Part shown: positions 37,930 through 48,191 of the stretch, piece after piece | Layout: each line of letters starts with the position of its first letter | How positions within the stretch are numbered: the first letter of the stretch is position 1 | Origin: Patescibacteria group bacterium | GTDB taxonomy: Bacteria > Patescibacteriota > JABMPQ01 > JAHIRA01 | Reading direction: 5' to 3' | DNA: 64,000 nucleotides | Assembly (NCBI GenBank): GCA_018818205.1 | Contig: JAHISJ010000012.1 | Location: forward strand, 21,523-85,522 | Translations under genes and position numbers: made by a program | The notes under the pieces: model-generated | What the model was told of the DNA's origin: nothing | Databases searched by the model: none | What the model saw: only the letters and a program-made list of their open reading frames with translations

Positions 37930-38663
37930 TCACCACCTTCTTTCACCATTTCTATTACTATCATAGCATAAAACGTCCGCGCTGCCTGACTGGTCTCCGT
38001 AATTTCTTCACGTTTTGTCGTTACTAAGATTGTAGCACTATTTGGTGTAGATTCCAAGACCGCTGAGGATAACGCTTTTGTGGTTATTCCATAGAATGCA
38101 TCGTTTGGATCAAGAGTATCTTCTTGCAGATTATCAAGCCATGATTTAAACGAGGTTGTCGCGTACCCTTCAATATCTTTGATATTTGAGTAGGGCTCTT
38201 TCCCTTTATTGGTGTATGACCCAAAAATCTCAACTATTTTTTCAGAAAGATCTAGCACTTCCCGATCCTCTCCATTTGCTGTGTCTTTTGCTTCCGTAGA
38301 GTCAGAAGCCTCATTAGTGTTAGTATTTGTATTCTCATTTACATTTGTATTTTCTGTAGACGCTTCTGCATTTGTGTTTTCTGTACTTTCTTGATTAGCA
38401 TTCTCAGCATCGTACGTCACGGTTCCCGTGGTATCTTCGGTGGGCGTGTCTGTGGTATCGGGATTGATATTATACGTAACTTGTGTTGACTGATCATTGG
38501 TAGCTTCAGTATTTTCATTTGCTGCCTCATCCTGCTTACATCCAAAAGCGGTAAGCAACACAAGGAGCATACTAAATGAAACAACGACACCTATTTTACG
38601 AACTATATTCATTGCTAACATCTTATACTTGTTGCGCTTCACCCTCACCCTCGCTGTATTCAT
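37896..38663 (-). CDS. putative lipoprotein with Thr/Asn/Glu-rich linker
   Basis: Signal peptide with lipobox-like LTAFGC. Confidence 0.4.
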   Translation of the reverse strand: MNTARVRVKRNKYKMLAMNIVRKIGVVVSFSMLLVLLTAFGCKQDEAANENTEATNDQSTQVTYNINPDTTDTPTEDTTGTVTYDAENANQESTENTNAEASTENTNVNENTNTNTNEASDSTEAKDTANGEDREVLDLSEKIVEIFGSYTNKGKEPYSNIKDIEGYATTSFKSWLDNLQEDTLDPNDAFYGITTKALSSAVLESTPNSATILVTTKREEITETSQAARTFYAMIVIEMVKEGGEWKANGLYWQE

Positions 38664-40518
38664 CCTGTGCTTCTTGGATTTCTAACATTTGTTTTGGATC
38701 CGTGGTAATAAGTTGATCTTCCGAATATGACGCATATACCTTAATGGCAACATGCTTTGAGCCGGCAAAAAAGAGTCCTTCACCCACATCACTCTCAAGC
38801 AACAGAAGCTTTTCTTCCTCGGTTAAATTAAACGTTTCCATAATGCGCTTAATTCCTGAGGTAGCCTGTCTCAGCAACACCTTCATTGCCGAGTTGTTGA
38901 CAATAGCCTTGCCATAATCAGACATCAAAAAGTCATTAACATCCTGACTAATAGTGGTTGTGCCAAGATAGTATTTACGACCACGTTTTACTATACCAAA
39001 CATAAACCGCGCCGAGTCCTCGTACTGCATCATGACCCATGCTTCATCAACAATGAGAATTCTTTTTTTAAGCTCTTGCCGTACGATATTCCAAATGTAA
39101 CTGACAATAACGTGCATTGCAATGGGCCGCAGCTCATCTTCCAAATCCCTAATGCTAAAAACGACCAACTGATTATCTAAGTCAATATTGGTTGGTTCAT
39201 TAAAGAGTCCGGCAAATGTTCCTTCAGTAAATTTTTTAACCCGAGCTACTAAGCTATCCGACCCTTCCATGCTTTCTAGGATTTCCTGAAAGTCCGTCAT
39301 GGTTGGTGGAATAACGTCCATCAAGTCAGATGCCGGCGTAATGTCCTTTTTTGCATAGGTCTCAATAAGTGCTCTATCAACCAGTGAGTCCTCTTCTTTG
39401 GTAAGCCGCCCCAACATAAGCCGCATAAGTCCTTTTAAACTGATGACTGCACTTCGTAAGACATCCTCGGTTGTCATGTCGCCCACTTTTTTTGGTAAAT
39501 CAAACGGATTGATTCTAAACTGTGCGTTAAGTGCAAGCCGCAAATATGCTCCGTCTACCGCTTCCGCCAAATGCTGATATTCGTTTTCCGGATCAATAAC
39601 GAGTATATCCGTGCCAAACATCATACTTCTTAAAATCTCAAGTTTGATCGTATAACTTTTACCCGCACCGGAGGTAGCAAACACAACGCTGTTTGCATTG
39701 GGAAGAGTAAATCTATCAAATAAAATCAAACTGTTATTATGACGATTTATTCCATATAAAATGCCATCATCGCTCGTAAGTTCAGATGATACAAATGGAA
39801 ACGTAGTAGAAAGCGGCGCCGTGTTCATGTTTGACGAGACGTCGAGTTTGTCGTTACCCATTGGCGTCGTCGACATAAACCCTTGCTCAGACTGATAGCT
39901 GGCACGCTTTGAATACACAAGCCTTTGGCCAAGCAAATCTTCCACCGCTTTGGTTGTTTCATCGAGTGCTTCCTTGCTTTGCTCATAAATGGTTACATAG
40001 AGCGACAGTCTAAAGAATTTCTCTGTGCCTTGCACCAGCTCATCTCTCAGACGTTCCACATCCTCCATAGCAGTTTCCAGCATTGGATCTCTCACCTGAC
40101 CTTTTTCCGCGTTCGCTGAAATAGTTGAATGAATCTGGCCAGACTTATTTCTAAGCACCTTCAAAATACGCTCAGAGCTTACAGGCGTAATAAAGAAAGA
40201 AATATCAAGTTCGAGGTTTAAGTTGATTATTGGCGCAAACCAGCCGGTGGTAACATATCGCGGATACGTAAAGATAAAGAGTGTTCTCACATATTTTCCA
40301 TCAAGCACTATGAGATCAGGAAGTACCTCAATTGACGATGGAGCAATGACGTCTCTGAGTGCTACAACACCTTTTTTATACACCTTTTCCGCGGCAAGAA
40401 GTTGCTCTCGTTCTTTTTGCGTAAGCCCCTTCATGTTTAAATCAGAAACCTCGGTAGCGTTGTCTACCTCTGTTTTCCCTTCTGAGCCTCGTTTTAAAAA
40501 CCTATCTAAGAAAGCCAT
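38623..40518 (-). CDS. VirB4/TrbE/CagE-family type IV secretion ATPase
   Basis: Walker A ATSGAGKSYT. Walker B ILIVDEAW. Family-typical N-terminal DGKYVRTLFIFTYP. Confidence 0.75.
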   Translation of the reverse strand: MAFLDRFLKRGSEGKTEVDNATEVSDLNMKGLTQKEREQLLAAEKVYKKGVVALRDVIAPSSIEVLPDLIVLDGKYVRTLFIFTYPRYVTTGWFAPIINLNLELDISFFITPVSSERILKVLRNKSGQIHSTISANAEKGQVRDPMLETAMEDVERLRDELVQGTEKFFRLSLYVTIYEQSKEALDETTKAVEDLLGQRLVYSKRASYQSEQGFMSTTPMGNDKLDVSSNMNTAPLSTTFPFVSSELTSDDGILYGINRHNNSLILFDRFTLPNANSVVFATSGAGKSYTIKLEILRSMMFGTDILVIDPENEYQHLAEAVDGAYLRLALNAQFRINPFDLPKKVGDMTTEDVLRSAVISLKGLMRLMLGRLTKEEDSLVDRALIETYAKKDITPASDLMDVIPPTMTDFQEILESMEGSDSLVARVKKFTEGTFAGLFNEPTNIDLDNQLVVFSIRDLEDELRPIAMHVIVSYIWNIVRQELKKRILIVDEAWVMMQYEDSARFMFGIVKRGRKYYLGTTTISQDVNDFLMSDYGKAIVNNSAMKVLLRQATSGIKRIMETFNLTEEEKLLLLESDVGEGLFFAGSKHVAIKVYASYSEDQLITTDPKQMLEIQEAQDEYSEGEGEAQQV

Positions 40519-40533
40519 ACACGCATAAAATGT

Positions 40534-41271
40534 CTAAATGTTTTCTAATCTGAGCTTTTCAATCTCCCCTAATATCTGATTTTGGGCAACCGTTGGATTA
40601 TAGACGGAGTACAAAAGTTCAACAATCTCCTCTGTATCAAGTACCGCTGCTTTTACCCCAATCCCCTGGAGACCTGAGAGTACTGTCTGCATACGAAGTA
40701 CGAGCTCCTTCTTATCTTGTTCAAATGTGGTAAGTTTAGCCTGCACGCCTTTTGCTGGAGAAAAAATATTTTTAATCTTATCAGTAATGCCCTCATCAGA
40801 GGTATGAAGCGGATTTGCGTATTGCACCACTACATAAAAATGATTCGTGGTAATATTGGCAAGCTCAACAAGTGAGGCAACAAACTCTGCATATGACGCC
40901 GTTTCCATTTTAAGTGAGTAGTTTTCTTGAAGTCGCTCCGCCTCTTTAACCTTAAGTAAATAGCGTTTGATATTTAACTTCTTTGACTGAATAACTATTT
41001 GAACAGGAAAATTGAGTGAATTTAAGAAATCTTGATACCCAAAAAGCTTTGCCTTCTGTTCATCCTCAGACATCAACGCAAAGTTGATGCTTGAGCACAT
41101 AATCACCGCTCTAATTCCCTTATCTTTAAGAACTATTACTCCATCCTTTATTGCTTCAACATCTAAAAGTCGCTGAGTGCTCGTTGCCTCTTTTTGCTTT
41201 GAAGCCTTTGCATCTGCCATTGACTCAGGAGGCTTTTCGCTTGTCTTTTGACCCTTCTGTTGATTCGGCAT
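40534..41271 (-). CDS. T4SS-associated protein resembling a VirB4 N-terminal region
   Basis: IKDGVIVLKDKGIRAVIMCSSINFALMSEDEQ parallels the N-terminus of 38623-40518. The true start may be ATG 41219. Confidence 0.3.
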   Translation of the reverse strand: MPNQQKGQKTSEKPPESMADAKASKQKEATSTQRLLDVEAIKDGVIVLKDKGIRAVIMCSSINFALMSEDEQKAKLFGYQDFLNSLNFPVQIVIQSKKLNIKRYLLKVKEAERLQENYSLKMETASYAEFVASLVELANITTNHFYVVVQYANPLHTSDEGITDKIKNIFSPAKGVQAKLTTFEQDKKELVLRMQTVLSGLQGIGVKAAVLDTEEIVELLYSVYNPTVAQNQILGEIEKLRLENI

Positions 41272-41680
41272 AGTATCTAGCGCTAGTATCTAATAGTACT
41301 GATAACTCATGAAGCTTACTTCTGGTAACTTCCTCTTTATACTCCGTTTTAAGCGTTACTGTTCTTCTCTCGGCATTGGACAACGTTTGTAGCTTTGCCG
41401 AAGTATCTTTTGCCCAAAGCCTGACCTTTGGATTGGTAGAAAACAGAATAAAATTCACTAAGAACTTCTCAAATTTTTGACCATTGATTTTTACAAAGGC
41501 AAACGTACACGCAATACCCATTAATATAATACCAGAAAATATAAAAAGACTTAAATCAAAAACCGTATACCCCGCTGTGGTAATAAGACCACCACCGAGG
41601 ATAAAAAGAAACTGTCTGATAGTAAGTGGACCTATGACACGGTCTTCAATATCGACAAATTGTGGAATTGCGTATTGCAT
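41225..41680 (-). CDS. VirB3/PrgI-like small membrane protein
   Basis: 151 aa, two TM helices, positioned immediately upstream of the VirB4 gene. Confidence 0.4.
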   Translation of the reverse strand: MQYAIPQFVDIEDRVIGPLTIRQFLFILGGGLITTAGYTVFDLSLFIFSGIILMGIACTFAFVKINGQKFEKFLVNFILFSTNPKVRLWAKDTSAKLQTLSNAERRTVTLKTEYKEEVTRSKLHELSVLLDTSARYYAESTEGSKDKRKAS

Positions 41681-41740
41681 ACGCTCTTTTTACATGAAGA
41701 GCCCCACTGGGGCCCTTTAAAAAAACTATTCAAAATCGTA

Positions 41741-43129
41741 CTAGAAGTGCGCGCTCAGCTCTGCAATCATTTCAAATTCTCGTTCTGTTAAATAAGGCTT
41801 ACCCTCGTTAAAGAGCTCTTTTCCGATGTCGGCGACCGTTTTATCTGAGGACATGCTCCGTCTTCCAATTTCTAAGTAGAGCAAATAGAGTGAACTTTTA
41901 CGCCATGCGCTTTGCAAAATATCAGATGACGTATTTTTCTTAAGATCATCTATCTGCGATTTAATGTGAGTTAACCTTTCAGCATCGGATGACCCTAAAG
42001 ATCTAAAATAATCTATAGTGATTTTTTGCAAATCATTCAGATCTTGTAGTGTTGAAAGTTTTTTTTCCGAGTTTTGCTCAATCACTCGCTTTGGTACCGG
42101 TGGTTTCCTTGGAGCTGCTTGTTCCGGTCTCCGTGCCGGCTCAGGCTTTACTTGCGGAGATGGTTTACCCTCTTCCTGCTTTTTCTTATCAGCAATAAGT
42201 GTATCTATAGAGACAACCGGAGATGCAAGTGGTGCTGGTACAACAGAAGGTTTAACTTCTGGCTTTCTTTGTAGTGGTGCTTGAGGTGCTGGTTTTTTTG
42301 CTATAGGTGGTTTTGTAGGTAGCGCAGGGGTGCTGGAAGCAGATTTTTGCGCAAGACGAGCCTCCTCTTGCAGCTGAACATCTATATTATACTCAGGCTC
42401 AGGAACCTTGAGTCTAAAGGGGTCCGAATTCACCCGTTTCTCATCATCAATAGAAACATCCCAATCAGTCATATTAATCCCTAAGCAACCGACGTCATTT
42501 ATCCGTAACTTCAACAGTTCGTAATACCTAAGTGCTCTGCTCAATACTTTTCTATCCCACTGAGAAAGTAATCGTACATTTGGAGAAGAAGTGAGATATT
42601 TACGAATTATTGTAACAATCTTTTTTCCTGTACCTACTTCATTAGTATAATCCTTAATCCAATTTTCAACCGTAGACTTTACTTTTTTTCCATCAAGCGT
42701 AATTGGATTTTTGCCAAGCTCTTCTTTGCATCGCATAACACGTTTACGCACACTCTCAAGCCGTGCTTCAAGTGAAAATATATCTATACTCATCGCATAC
42801 TGATCAAGGTTAGAGTAAAACGGCGTTTCAGCTTTTGCGTCCTGCTTCACCGCACTTAGGAAATAAAGCTCAATTGCATGTTCTGCTTGCTCCTGAAGAA
42901 AAGTGGAAAACAAATTAATCCTGAGATCTGCAACAATAGTATTGTAATGTTGTTTCGTTTCCGGATCTTTGACATGTTCAAACTTGATCTTCTCTTCAAG
43001 AGAATGCAAAAGGTCCAAACCGTCATTAACGTCATTTTGCCCCCAAAAGTAACTTTGCTTAAGACGATCCACTTCTTTTTGAACGCTTTCCAAAGTTTCA
43101 TTACTGTTCAATGATTGTTTCACTTTCAT
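41741..43129 (-). CDS. hypothetical protein with Pro/Lys-rich linker
   Basis: PTKPPIAKKPAPQAPLQRKPEVKPSVVPAP. Confidence 0.4.
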   Translation of the reverse strand: MKVKQSLNSNETLESVQKEVDRLKQSYFWGQNDVNDGLDLLHSLEEKIKFEHVKDPETKQHYNTIVADLRINLFSTFLQEQAEHAIELYFLSAVKQDAKAETPFYSNLDQYAMSIDIFSLEARLESVRKRVMRCKEELGKNPITLDGKKVKSTVENWIKDYTNEVGTGKKIVTIIRKYLTSSPNVRLLSQWDRKVLSRALRYYELLKLRINDVGCLGINMTDWDVSIDDEKRVNSDPFRLKVPEPEYNIDVQLQEEARLAQKSASSTPALPTKPPIAKKPAPQAPLQRKPEVKPSVVPAPLASPVVSIDTLIADKKKQEEGKPSPQVKPEPARRPEQAAPRKPPVPKRVIEQNSEKKLSTLQDLNDLQKITIDYFRSLGSSDAERLTHIKSQIDDLKKNTSSDILQSAWRKSSLYLLYLEIGRRSMSSDKTVADIGKELFNEGKPYLTEREFEMIAELSAHF

Positions 43130-43138
43130 ATGTGGCAG

Positions 43139-45664
43139 TTAACGCTTAACGGTTACTAAGTGAGATGTTTTATGTAACTCTTTTCTGCTATCACCAAAGA
43201 GTTCCTCAAGTTGACCCAGTGCCTTTACCTGATTTTTCTTCATATCACTAACTAAAGTATTCCATTCTGTAGTGTCTTTATACTTCACATCAACTTTGAT
43301 CATCTCTTTCCTAAAAGCTTCATGTGCTTCAGTTCCAACAGAAACAACATCTGCTAAATTCGCACGTACATCAGGAATTAAATCCCTTAATTGCTCCTCT
43401 TTTAATCCCCGTCCGTTTGCGACCAAACTGAAAGATAGTGCAGCTCCATTTCTTCCGGTATTATCGCCTTTAACATTAGCAAGCATAGAACCTGCTCCCA
43501 TAGCTAACCGTATTTTCTGCATTTCTTCTGTGGCTTCCAACTTCTTGCGAGCTTCATTCATAAATTGTGCTTCCGTTCCTATGGTATTAACATCAACGTC
43601 ACCATGAGCTATACGTTGTGCTTCATTTTGACGAAGGCCAACCACATTACCATCTGAATCAACTATCATAACTGTCTGTTGATTTTGTCCTGCCATGCTT
43701 CGCGCTGTTTGCCCAAGCTTTCGCATAGCCAATCCGGCTTCGCCTTGCCGCATTATCAAATAATCATCCACGTCCTCTACCTTGAGTTTCTTTTCTTTGA
43801 CTAACTGTTCTGCATCAGCTTGTCCTCGCCACATGGTTTTACCATTTACATTCTCTGTTACTCCTAAGTACGCTGCATTTCCCTTGCTGCCTTGGAGGTT
43901 GCCAACATTTCTTCCTTGGACAATACCCAATTTTTGGCCAAACATATGTTCCATACCTCTCATATATCCAATATAGTCATCAGACGTATTGTACGTTTTT
44001 CTTCCGTTTTTATCTAAAACTTCGTTTCCCGTTGAATCTTTAATTGCTTCATATCGACTCTTAAACCAATCTTGATTTTCTGCATCAGCTCCCCATACCG
44101 CATCGCGTACTTTTGAATCTCCACCTGCAGCATGCACCGTATCGTTCCAATTAATTCCCATACCTAGTGCTTTAGTAATCGCAAGCATTCGAATTTGTTG
44201 ATTTCTTCCACCTTTCTCTGCACCTACTACTGCAAGCTCTCCAATTAAATCATCTGATTGTAAATCAGGATGTCTAACCTTCAAATCTTCAAGTTCCTCA
44301 TCAGCAGCTTTCATTACCTCTTGTGTCTCATAATCTGTTTCATCTTTAGACCAAGGAAGTATCTTGTTGAGTTTGTTTTCAACGTATCCTCTTGAGCCTG
44401 CAGCTGCCTGGCGCTCAATCCTACCAGCTCTATTCATCCACGCATCCTTAAGCACAGTAGGACTTGCAAACTGGACCCAGCTACCAGATCTACCCTCCAA
44501 ATCTTTCTGTTTTTCTTCGTATGACTGCCCTTCCCCCGCACCAAACGCAGCACCAATACGCGAAGTCACTCTACCGGCAGTATTTTTCCAAGCCCAACCA
44601 TATGCTCCCTCATTACCCTTCATTAAAGACCGTCTATTAAGTGCTGATGCGCCCTTCCAACCTAAACCTGCTGCCCCTTTCCACAAGTTCCCATACATAC
44701 CAACACCACGTCTCAAACCCGACGTCGCCATACCGATTAACGCACCCGCACCAAAGCTTCCCACACCCTTTGCAATCATATACGTCGCAAGCAGCATCGT
44801 AACAATAAGCATGTACGTTAAGAAATGTTCTTTGGAGAAATTGGTCGGTAAAAAACTTTCCTTAAACGCCCGCTGAAGATCAGCTTTGCTTAATTGATTT
44901 GTCGAAGCACCTGCTCCAAATAACGCCTCAACACCTTTTGCGGACATACTGTTTGCCACACGCATAGTCAGATAGACACAAAATGTGGCAGCAGGACCAT
45001 ATAATACAAATTTAAAGAATTCTGACCACCACCGCTTAGCATATTGCTGCGTTGACGGAAGCACATCAAGCAAAAAGGCAAATGGTGAAACAATCGTCAA
45101 AAACATAAGTGCCGCAAATCGTACAAGAAGTAAAATCGAAATGACCAGAAGTGCAAGGACAAACACACCAACAAACACAACCAAAAAGAAAAGTGAGCCC
45201 GCAATAGAAATATCAGTAATACTCGAAGCAGAAACAGTTTCACTGATATTTGTTAAATCAGTTAACTTGAGTGATGAAAGTAACGCCGCCGATGGTTTCC
45301 CTTGATTACCAAAGGTGAAGGTCTTCATTAAGAGATCACTAATCTCTATAAAAAACGCGCAGATTGCTCTAGAGAAGTTAACAAGGAGTATTGCAATAAT
45401 AAGACGCGGCAGTATCTTTTTGTATTGATAGTTCTCTACCCGCAGAATAGTTGCAAAGGCAATAACCAGAAGAATCAATATAAAAAACATGTTCAAAATA
45501 TCGCGCACCGTAACCCACCCAAGCTGTACTGCATCGTGCGTTGCTACATTAGAAGGAACCATAACAAGAATATCAAAAAGGTCAGCAACAGCATTAAGAG
45601 CATGTCCTTCTATCCAAAGGAATAACTTCAGGATTGCACCAATTATCAAATAGACAACGGACAT
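43139..45664 (-). CDS. VirB6/TrbL-like polytopic membrane protein with long C-terminal hydrophilic domain
   Basis: At least six N-terminal TM helices in about 330 aa, then a ~500-aa soluble extension. Confidence 0.5.
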   Translation of the reverse strand: MSVVYLIIGAILKLFLWIEGHALNAVADLFDILVMVPSNVATHDAVQLGWVTVRDILNMFFILILLVIAFATILRVENYQYKKILPRLIIAILLVNFSRAICAFFIEISDLLMKTFTFGNQGKPSAALLSSLKLTDLTNISETVSASSITDISIAGSLFFLVVFVGVFVLALLVISILLLVRFAALMFLTIVSPFAFLLDVLPSTQQYAKRWWSEFFKFVLYGPAATFCVYLTMRVANSMSAKGVEALFGAGASTNQLSKADLQRAFKESFLPTNFSKEHFLTYMLIVTMLLATYMIAKGVGSFGAGALIGMATSGLRRGVGMYGNLWKGAAGLGWKGASALNRRSLMKGNEGAYGWAWKNTAGRVTSRIGAAFGAGEGQSYEEKQKDLEGRSGSWVQFASPTVLKDAWMNRAGRIERQAAAGSRGYVENKLNKILPWSKDETDYETQEVMKAADEELEDLKVRHPDLQSDDLIGELAVVGAEKGGRNQQIRMLAITKALGMGINWNDTVHAAGGDSKVRDAVWGADAENQDWFKSRYEAIKDSTGNEVLDKNGRKTYNTSDDYIGYMRGMEHMFGQKLGIVQGRNVGNLQGSKGNAAYLGVTENVNGKTMWRGQADAEQLVKEKKLKVEDVDDYLIMRQGEAGLAMRKLGQTARSMAGQNQQTVMIVDSDGNVVGLRQNEAQRIAHGDVDVNTIGTEAQFMNEARKKLEATEEMQKIRLAMGAGSMLANVKGDNTGRNGAALSFSLVANGRGLKEEQLRDLIPDVRANLADVVSVGTEAHEAFRKEMIKVDVKYKDTTEWNTLVSDMKKNQVKALGQLEELFGDSRKELHKTSHLVTVKR

Positions 45665-45690
45665 ATCTGGCTGGTATTAGTTTTTGTTAC

Positions 45691-46725
45691 TTAATTAGCC
45701 GGCTGCTCTTGTGGGATTGGGATTGACCTATTTTGTCCGCTTCTATCAAATCCTGACCCTTGTGTTTGTTCCTGTTTTTGATCTGGCGTACCTGCATTTG
45801 AAAGTGAATTCCAGATTCCGGTCACCGATGTTTCAAGAACCTGGTCTATAAACAACGCAGTAAGTGCAACTAGATCTTCAAGCACCACTGATTGAATCGT
45901 ACCTTTCTTTAAATCTGCAATACTCTTTTTTGCATCTTCCGCAAACATTAAACCGGGTGTCTTAATACGACAATCTTTGTATTTATCTACCGGTTTTTTT
46001 GGTGTTGCTGTCTTTTTAACTTTCTTGCTGGTCTTTGCCTGCTGTGCTTTGGTTGTTTTTTGCTGGTTCACATTTTTGCAATCCCTAGCCCCAAAAAACC
46101 CTTGATTAACCAGTAGCTCAAAGCGATAGTTTTGCTCAGACTTTTGGAACTGCTGAGATGCATTTGAACGTATACCAAACCACGTACTTAAATCGTTGTT
46201 TTCACCCTCAAGTTTAATCGTAAACCGATTCATAAATTCACGCTCCGCTTGCTTGAGCAATTCCGGCGTTACCCCTCCTGCTTTATTAATTGCGGCCATA
46301 GCGTCTACGGACTTTTTTATTAAACTCCTGTCAAACGTACATTCGGGCTTATAGGTACCCGGTACTCCCGCCTTGGCAAACGCAACGCGCACATTGGCTT
46401 TAATATCAGAACACAGTGAAAAACCGGTATAGGTAAGTAACACTGCCTGAAACGACTGAAAATAAAGATCCTTAATAAACCACGTCAAAATTTCCATACC
46501 ATTTATACTCAAATCGCCCGTTGCAAACTTCATAACAAACTTTTTGACCAGTGGAAAGATGGCAAATTTCCAAATCATAACTAAGACCTTGTTAAGCCTC
46601 GCATCAAGATCAATAGTTAGCCACGTTGCTGCGTGCGCGGTTTTTGGTTGCGAAAGAATTGCCAGTCCACTTGAGACAAAAACAACGCTTACAATGAGTA
46701 CAATGAGAAGAACTTTTTTGAACAT
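45691..46725 (-). CDS. secreted protein with Lys-rich C-terminal region
   Basis: Signal peptide MFKKVLLIVLIVSVVFVSSGLAILSQPKTAHA. Confidence 0.4.
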   Translation of the reverse strand: MFKKVLLIVLIVSVVFVSSGLAILSQPKTAHAATWLTIDLDARLNKVLVMIWKFAIFPLVKKFVMKFATGDLSINGMEILTWFIKDLYFQSFQAVLLTYTGFSLCSDIKANVRVAFAKAGVPGTYKPECTFDRSLIKKSVDAMAAINKAGGVTPELLKQAEREFMNRFTIKLEGENNDLSTWFGIRSNASQQFQKSEQNYRFELLVNQGFFGARDCKNVNQQKTTKAQQAKTSKKVKKTATPKKPVDKYKDCRIKTPGLMFAEDAKKSIADLKKGTIQSVVLEDLVALTALFIDQVLETSVTGIWNSLSNAGTPDQKQEQTQGSGFDRSGQNRSIPIPQEQPAN

Positions 46726-46735
46726 AGTCCAAATG

Positions 46736-47998
46736 TTACTTAGAAACAGTTATGGTATCCACAATGTCCTGCAAACCAAACTCGTTAATAACCGCAGTCA
46801 TCTCCGGAACGATTTGCCCGGCAAACACATCGTGGGCTAAATAATTAACTCGTGGGATAACCTCTGTTACAGCGTAAAGACCCTCGGCGTCGCTAAAATT
46901 TACTTGTTCTATTTGATCCAAAAGTCCCATAGACGCTAAAATGAATCCAATACTTTTTTTGTGCAGTGCAATTATCCGCTCATTATCCGGCACTTCCATA
47001 GCCTTCATTCGATCTAACACATCGCCCATAATTTTCTTAACCTTACCGGTATCTTGCTTACTGTGTAGCCTAATAGATAATGCGTATCTCTCAAACGACT
47101 CCGTGTCGGAAAAGGGTAAATCCCGTGAGAGCATAAGTGACGCGTCACTTGCATAGCGCACTACATCATCTTGTGTGTAGTTTTCTTTAATATTGATTTC
47201 GTTATCAGAAACTTCTGGAATCTCTACTTCAGTAGTGGAGCTTGATACATCCAAATCAAGACTACTATCTGCAATAAAATCGGTAACACTTTGCTCAAGT
47301 GAGTCAAGATCCGTACTATTTATGGTGTTTTCTATATTTGCAACTGATGAAGAGTTTAGGGTGAATCCACTTGCTTGTTCCATGTCAAGATCGGAGTAGG
47401 CCACTTCTTCCTCGCCAGTTATCACGTCGCTTCCACCAAAAGAATCAAACTCATCACCTGTATCAAGATTATTTTCTTCTGACGCCTCAGCATCTTCTTC
47501 TTCCATGACCTCTAATTCTTCCGTTTTTGCCTGGCTTTCTGCAATTTGTAAAAAGTATGAGAGATCCGCTTTAAGAGGGTCTGACCCGGCAATGACTTCA
47601 CGACCGTCCTCGGTGCCATCAAAATCAGTGTCTGCAACATAAGCACTCGTGCCAAATTTCTCTTCTTCTTCATCATTTAGTCCATCACCGTCTGAATCTA
47701 CTTTTTCTACACTTTTTATCTCAAGCGGATCATAGCCAGCAATAACCTCTACATTGTCGGTATACCCATCCGAGTCGGTATCAACATTGTATGGATCAAT
47801 GCCAAGCTCACGCTCTTCTTTATCAGAAATGCCATCGCCATCTGAGTCGGTAGAATCAGAGAGAAGCACGGTTGCCTTTGATGCTTTTGAGTGAAAGAGC
47901 TCATCGCTATGTGACACAAAATAATATCCTACAGCCCCAATTGCAAAAAAACCAACGATGGCCATGAGCACATATTTAAACGCACTTCTGTTATACAT
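46736..47998 (-). CDS. membrane-anchored acidic protein with thrombospondin-type-3-like Asp repeats
   Basis: N-terminal TM helix. DSDGDGISD, DTDSDGYTDN, DSDGDGLNDEEE. Confidence 0.45.
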   Translation of the reverse strand: MYNRSAFKYVLMAIVGFFAIGAVGYYFVSHSDELFHSKASKATVLLSDSTDSDGDGISDKEERELGIDPYNVDTDSDGYTDNVEVIAGYDPLEIKSVEKVDSDGDGLNDEEEEKFGTSAYVADTDFDGTEDGREVIAGSDPLKADLSYFLQIAESQAKTEELEVMEEEDAEASEENNLDTGDEFDSFGGSDVITGEEEVAYSDLDMEQASGFTLNSSSVANIENTINSTDLDSLEQSVTDFIADSSLDLDVSSSTTEVEIPEVSDNEINIKENYTQDDVVRYASDASLMLSRDLPFSDTESFERYALSIRLHSKQDTGKVKKIMGDVLDRMKAMEVPDNERIIALHKKSIGFILASMGLLDQIEQVNFSDAEGLYAVTEVIPRVNYLAHDVFAGQIVPEMTAVINEFGLQDIVDTITVSK

Positions 47999-48191
47999 GG
48001 GGTAATTTAGTCTTCTTTTTCACTCTCTGTAAGTTACAGGAACTATAACACATTTCAAAAGGGGGGTCAAAATGGTGTGGATAAGAAATAAAAAAAGCCT
48101 AACGTATGTAGACACACGCTAGGATAATTTTCTTGGATGACAGGAATATGCTTAGTTAAATTGAACAATGCTGCAGTAGCCTGAAATAAAA

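Noticed and set aside
38623-45664. Looked for a VirD4 coupling ATPase or a relaxase near VirB4 and the VirB6-like gene
   Set aside because: No second Walker-type ATPase or relaxase motifs were found in any ORF of the cluster.
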